Both the position numbers and the translations under genes were made by a program. The notes under the pieces are model-generated. The model worked only from the letters and a program-made list of their open reading frames with translations, did not search any database and was not told where the DNA came from. DNA of 15,968 bases from a virus. The DNA lies in the IMG/VR virus record IMGVR_UViG_3300045988_077461. The stretch is one strand, 5' to 3'. The stretch's first letter is position 1. The number at the start of each line of letters is the position of its first letter. Shown piece by piece: positions 12,551-15,968 of the stretch.

Positions 12551-14431
12551 TTATAATTTTTTATCTTTTTGTTCGTGTATATTGAAGTCTTTATTTCTTA
12601 ATACAATACCGCCTTTTACTCGCTCTGCTTTTAAGTTACAAGTGTTCATACTAAGACCAGTGGATAACTCAGATATGTCTCGTCCATCTTCGATAAATTT
12701 TCTTTTAGCTTGACTACTCATTCCACAGGCTTTTATATCAAGATAAGGCTCGCATGGTATATGATTCTCTTCAATAATATGCTCTGCATAAGTTTTCTGT
12801 CTTTCATAATACGCAAAATCAAATGTACTTTCGCATTTCCAACAACAAAAATTAGTAGAATGCTCCACAACCTTTTCTGCTTTTTCTGTACCTATAATAT
12901 GTATCGAGTCCGTATCAGCGTAACAAAATCGGTCATAATTTGCCATAGCATGACGTATAGTAAAATTCATAGCATAAGAAGTAATAGCACTACCAATTGG
13001 AATATACCCGACTTTCTTTTCATGTTCCTCATGTAGTGTAAATCTTATAATACCATCATCATCAAGATAAGGCTCTTTGTAAGATGAGTTATCCGACATA
13101 GCAAATTTTCCATAGAGGTTATTTAAAAATAGTTTCGCTTTTTGTCTTTTAAAACCTTTTGATGTTCTTTTTTCTTCTCCGTATTTGTCTATATATTCAT
13201 CAAAAAATCCTTGTCTAGCATAGAACCATATGTAATCATAAATTACCAAATCATAAATATCATAAGTTTCTTGGAACAACGCCCAGTCAGTGCAAGTCAT
13301 AGTTAGAGTGACATTAGTATCATGCATTTGTCCGTCAATATCACGGTAATATCGATAATATTCGCCTTTATACCGTACATTAGAAGTATATAAATTTTCA
13401 TTTGATTTGTATAAAGCACTATTCCTAATATGTAACCATGGAAATGCCCCTGCTTTTAACTGAAATCTACAATTGAAACGAATAAAAAAATATTTATTAG
13501 TAGACCTTATCAATTCATCGGGTGGAGACCCTCTGTGATATTCTCCATGACCGAACGGGTATTTATTCCCACTAATGCTATGCATCATAGACGGGTACAA
13601 AGAGTTTACATCATATACTAATCCCTCCCCCACTACCATATGCGCGTAACGTGGATTGACGTAGCACCAGCCTCCGTGATATGATTTGTGAATATAGTCC
13701 CACTGATTCCATACACCTGTGATAGATTCGTCTATATAATCTTCTCTAATATCGGGAAATAACTTATCATATTGTTTAGCATCATAAAAACCTTTAAATT
13801 CTGATAGACAGCATGAACCTATTGTTAGTTTATCATGATTTTCATTGAACATCATTTCAAGTGCTTCTTTTAATACTAATACATCATTTTCAATATACTT
13901 TTTCTCATTTTCAGATATATCACAATAAGCGTATCTCTCGCCCTCATATTCCATGTCTAGCTTTTGGTGCTTTGTGCCAAATGATTTTCCGATATTTTTT
14001 AATGAAGAGGGCATAAGCTTTAAAGAGTTTCGGATTTCTAAAAAAGTCTTGTTCCATTTTAATTTAATCCAATACCAGGAACCCATATCAGATATACAAG
14101 TTTGAAATTCTTTTGATTTCATTTCTTTATCTTTACAATGTACCCATTCCCAACCCTCTTTTAATAGAAAATCTACTATAAAAGAACCGTCAAATGCAAG
14201 ATTATGAAAGTATAATATATTGTTACCTCTCATTGTCAAAAATCTATTTAAAAAATCTCTTATCGAATGAGTTATTGTTACTGTTTCGGTTTCGTCATAT
14301 AAGGCCACGTAAGCTCCACTCCACACTTCTGTACTATCTTGCTTTTTACCTTTTTCTTGCTCCACCTTTTCACCCCATACGGTAGTCTCAAAATCGCACG
14401 CCCAAAAAGTAATACTCTTTTTACGTGGCAT
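12551..14431 (-). CDS. Protein-primed family-B DNA polymerase, phi29 gp2-like (626 aa)
   Basis: All hallmark motifs can be read. ExoI is FWACDFETT. ExoII is YFHNLAFDGSFIV. ExoIII is YIENDVLVLKEAL. Motif A is VYDVNSLYPSMM. Motif B is KAKLFLNNLYGKFA. Motif C is CYADTDSIHI. The KxY motif is ERQKTYAEH. The RBS and start codon lie inside ITR-R. Confidence 0.96.
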   Translation of the reverse strand: MPRKKSITFWACDFETTVWGEKVEQEKGKKQDSTEVWSGAYVALYDETETVTITHSIRDFLNRFLTMRGNNILYFHNLAFDGSFIVDFLLKEGWEWVHCKDKEMKSKEFQTCISDMGSWYWIKLKWNKTFLEIRNSLKLMPSSLKNIGKSFGTKHQKLDMEYEGERYAYCDISENEKKYIENDVLVLKEALEMMFNENHDKLTIGSCCLSEFKGFYDAKQYDKLFPDIREDYIDESITGVWNQWDYIHKSYHGGWCYVNPRYAHMVVGEGLVYDVNSLYPSMMHSISGNKYPFGHGEYHRGSPPDELIRSTNKYFFIRFNCRFQLKAGAFPWLHIRNSALYKSNENLYTSNVRYKGEYYRYYRDIDGQMHDTNVTLTMTCTDWALFQETYDIYDLVIYDYIWFYARQGFFDEYIDKYGEEKRTSKGFKRQKAKLFLNNLYGKFAMSDNSSYKEPYLDDDGIIRFTLHEEHEKKVGYIPIGSAITSYAMNFTIRHAMANYDRFCYADTDSIHIIGTEKAEKVVEHSTNFCCWKCESTFDFAYYERQKTYAEHIIEENHIPCEPYLDIKACGMSSQAKRKFIEDGRDISELSTGLSMNTCNLKAERVKGGIVLRNKDFNIHEQKDKKL

Positions 14432-14447
14432 TTATTCTCACCTCTTT

Positions 14448-15158
14448 TTATTCGTTCTCAATAACAATATCTTGCTCTTGCAAAAATTCTTGAAAATCTT
14501 CTGTTGTGCTAATAACGCCCATTCTATGCAAAATGTTCCAAAATACAGCGTCAACCGTAGCTTTGTCCATGTATGGCTCTGTTGGAAATGCTTCGCTTTC
14601 TTTTGTGTATGTGTAAGCAAATAACGCCCTTTCTTTCTCCGACGCATTAGATAATATAGCGTCTGTTTTTTGCCTTAAATAATCAGTTGTTTTTGGCACA
14701 AAACTCTCTAAAGAATCATACCACGAATCAATAATTGCTTCGTAATCTAATACAGGTATTGCTATATTGACTTTAATACCGTTCTTTTGTAGTGCTTTTA
14801 ATTCCTTAATATCAGTATAACCTTGCATTCTAGCATATTCTTGTTCCTGTGGTGTCAGTTTTATAAAAACTCTGTTTCTTTCAAGTGTATGTTTACGTCC
14901 ATACTCTTTAGAGCTTATAACCTCACCTGTAAGCATATCAACAACCGACGCATTTTTTCGTATTTCTTTTGCATTCTGTTTTTTAATTCTATTAATAGAA
15001 GATTGCGTAGGGTTTTTTACTCGCTTGATTGCCTTTACCTGTACCCCTTGTTTTTGTTGATTTCTGACACGAGATAAATATTTATTATATTCTTTAGAAT
15101 ATTCTTTCTGTATAAGAAAAGCTTTTGTTTTTTTCTTTTTTATACGTTTATTAGCCAT
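14448..15158 (-). CDS. Putative terminal (DNA-priming) protein (236 aa), ITR-R copy, directly upstream of the polymerase
   Basis: Identical to 811..1521. Its stop codon lies 16 nt before the polymerase ATG, in the same operon. Confidence 0.45.
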   Translation of the reverse strand: MANKRIKKKKTKAFLIQKEYSKEYNKYLSRVRNQQKQGVQVKAIKRVKNPTQSSINRIKKQNAKEIRKNASVVDMLTGEVISSKEYGRKHTLERNRVFIKLTPQEQEYARMQGYTDIKELKALQKNGIKVNIAIPVLDYEAIIDSWYDSLESFVPKTTDYLRQKTDAILSNASEKERALFAYTYTKESEAFPTEPYMDKATVDAVFWNILHRMGVISTTEDFQEFLQEQDIVIENE

Positions 15159-15161
15159 CTT

Positions 15162-15356
15162 TTAATCCACATCCTTTTCCACTTTTCTTAATAGCAAGCC
15201 ATGTGGTACGCGCGTGTATTCGATACTATCACCCGGATGAATGTCTAAATCTCGAATTGCTTCTTTTGGTATCATGACGCGGGCGGTGTAGCCGCCTGTG
15301 CCACCTTTCGTAAACATTACTTTATAGCGCAATAATTTATTTGTTAATTTTGCCAT
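15162..15356 (-). CDS. AbrB/SpoVT-like small DNA-binding protein (64 aa), ITR-R copy
   Basis: Identical to 613..807. Confidence 0.55.
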   Translation of the reverse strand: MAKLTNKLLRYKVMFTKGGTGGYTARVMIPKEAIRDLDIHPGDSIEYTRVPHGLLLRKVEKDVD

Positions 15357-15369
15357 GTTTTTTTCCTCC

Positions 15370-15825
15370 TTATAAAATATTAAATACTTTCCATGTGAAC
15401 TCTGAAAAATGTTCTGCTATAAATGATACAGAAGATAAGAAAAGATATAGCAAAAAGGTTGCCATTATTATGACTGATAAGATTGCTAAGAAAGAGGATA
15501 TTTTTTCTAATTTGGTGTATGGTTCTTTTTCTTCTGCTTGTATATGCCTTTTTATCCAGTCTATTTCAGATTCGTGTACTGTTTCACGTGAAACATTTAA
15601 ATCGTCTAGTTTATTTAATGTAACTACTACCATATTTTCGTTACATAAATGAGTTTCTGTATGACCGTCAAAGTCTGTATACACATTTTCATGTGTTTCT
15701 AAATTTTCAACCCAATATGGCGGGTCTACAAATAAGGCTATGTAATTGTTTAGTGAATTTTCAGTATAGAAGTCATGGAGTTGTATTCCAAAATCTGTGA
15801 TGTTATGTAGTCTGTATTTAATCAT
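15370..15825 (-). CDS. Hypothetical tail-anchored membrane early protein (151 aa), ITR-R copy
   Basis: Identical to 144..599. Confidence 0.6.
   Translation of the reverse strand: MIKYRLHNITDFGIQLHDFYTENSLNNYIALFVDPPYWVENLETHENVYTDFDGHTETHLCNENMVVVTLNKLDDLNVSRETVHESEIDWIKRHIQAEEKEPYTKLEKISSFLAILSVIIMATFLLYLFLSSVSFIAEHFSEFTWKVFNIL
15580..15595. promoter_or_regulatory. 16-bp palindromic box inside the first ITR gene (right copy)
   Basis: Mirror of 374..389: TGTTTCACGTGAAACA. Confidence 0.6.
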
Positions 15826-15873
15826 TTATTTTCTTCCTCCTTATTTTTACTAGGTTTCCTTGTTTCTATAATT

Positions 15874-15902
15874 ATAATACCACGAGCCGTATTATTTGTC
15901 AA
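15874..15902 (-). promoter_or_regulatory. Terminal early promoter, sigma-A type (right copy), heading the operon that runs into the DNA polymerase gene
   Basis: Mirror image of 67..95: -35 at 15897-15902 and -10 at 15874-15879 on the minus strand. Confidence 0.7.
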
Positions 15903-15968
15903 GTATTTTTTTCGTGCTTTTTAACCAAATGGGGGACGTGGTCTCATCGGGAATAACGTAAGCCCTCT

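Larger units (their letters stand above)
14424..15968. repeat. Right inverted terminal repeat (ITR-R), 1,545 bp
   Basis: Mirror copy of 1..1545, where position p maps to 15969-p. It contains the RBS, ATG and first 8 nt of the DNA polymerase gene (start codon 14429..14431 maps to 1538..1540). Confidence 0.95.

Noticed and set aside
1-15968. A search for a lysogeny module, tRNAs, defence or anti-defence cassettes, or a DGR.
   Set aside because: I found no integrase- or recombinase-like ORF, no cloverleaf-like tRNA candidates in the few non-coding gaps, and no reverse transcriptase or template/variable repeat pair. Every ORF fits the replication, lysis or morphogenesis layout of a small lytic podophage.

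Overview
The window appears to be one complete linear, AT-rich phage genome of 15,968 bp. It is a phi29-like podophage (Picovirinae/Salasmaviridae type) that replicates by protein priming, probably on a Bacillota (Clostridia-like) host. Both ends carry a perfect 1,545-bp inverted terminal repeat (1..1545 = reverse complement of 14424..15968). Each repeat holds a strong sigma-A promoter and three complete genes: a tail-anchored membrane protein, an AbrB/SpoVT-like 64-aa protein and a putative terminal protein. The right repeat also supplies the RBS, ATG and first codons of the family-B DNA polymerase. All unique genes lie on the minus strand. The early module is DNA polymerase, a p6-like protein and a p5-like SSB, followed by a strong terminator. 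The late module is the gp16-like packaging ATPase, a 226-bp ORF-free gap, a BhlA/UviB-like holin, a GH25 endolysin, a gp13-like tail lysin, scaffold, gp8-like capsid, gp9-position tail knob, gp10-like portal, gp11-position lower collar, a coiled-coil repeat protein and a tail fibre. Protein calls rest on catalytic motifs I can read directly, on similarity to phi29 proteins as I recall them, and on synteny. No database search was run. Four things stand out. (1) The ITR is unusually long and gene-bearing, and its inner junction carries a microhomology footprint. (2) A strictly conserved 16-bp palindrome, TGTTTCACGTGAAACA, occurs six times plus two degenerate copies, at operon junctions and promoters. 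(3) A consensus promoter fires into the ORF-free gap beside the ATPase gene, so the gap is a candidate packaging RNA (pRNA). (4) The late gene order is permuted relative to phi29, and the gp13-like lysin has swapped domains. No integrase, repressor module, tRNA or CRISPR array was seen, so the phage is probably strictly lytic.
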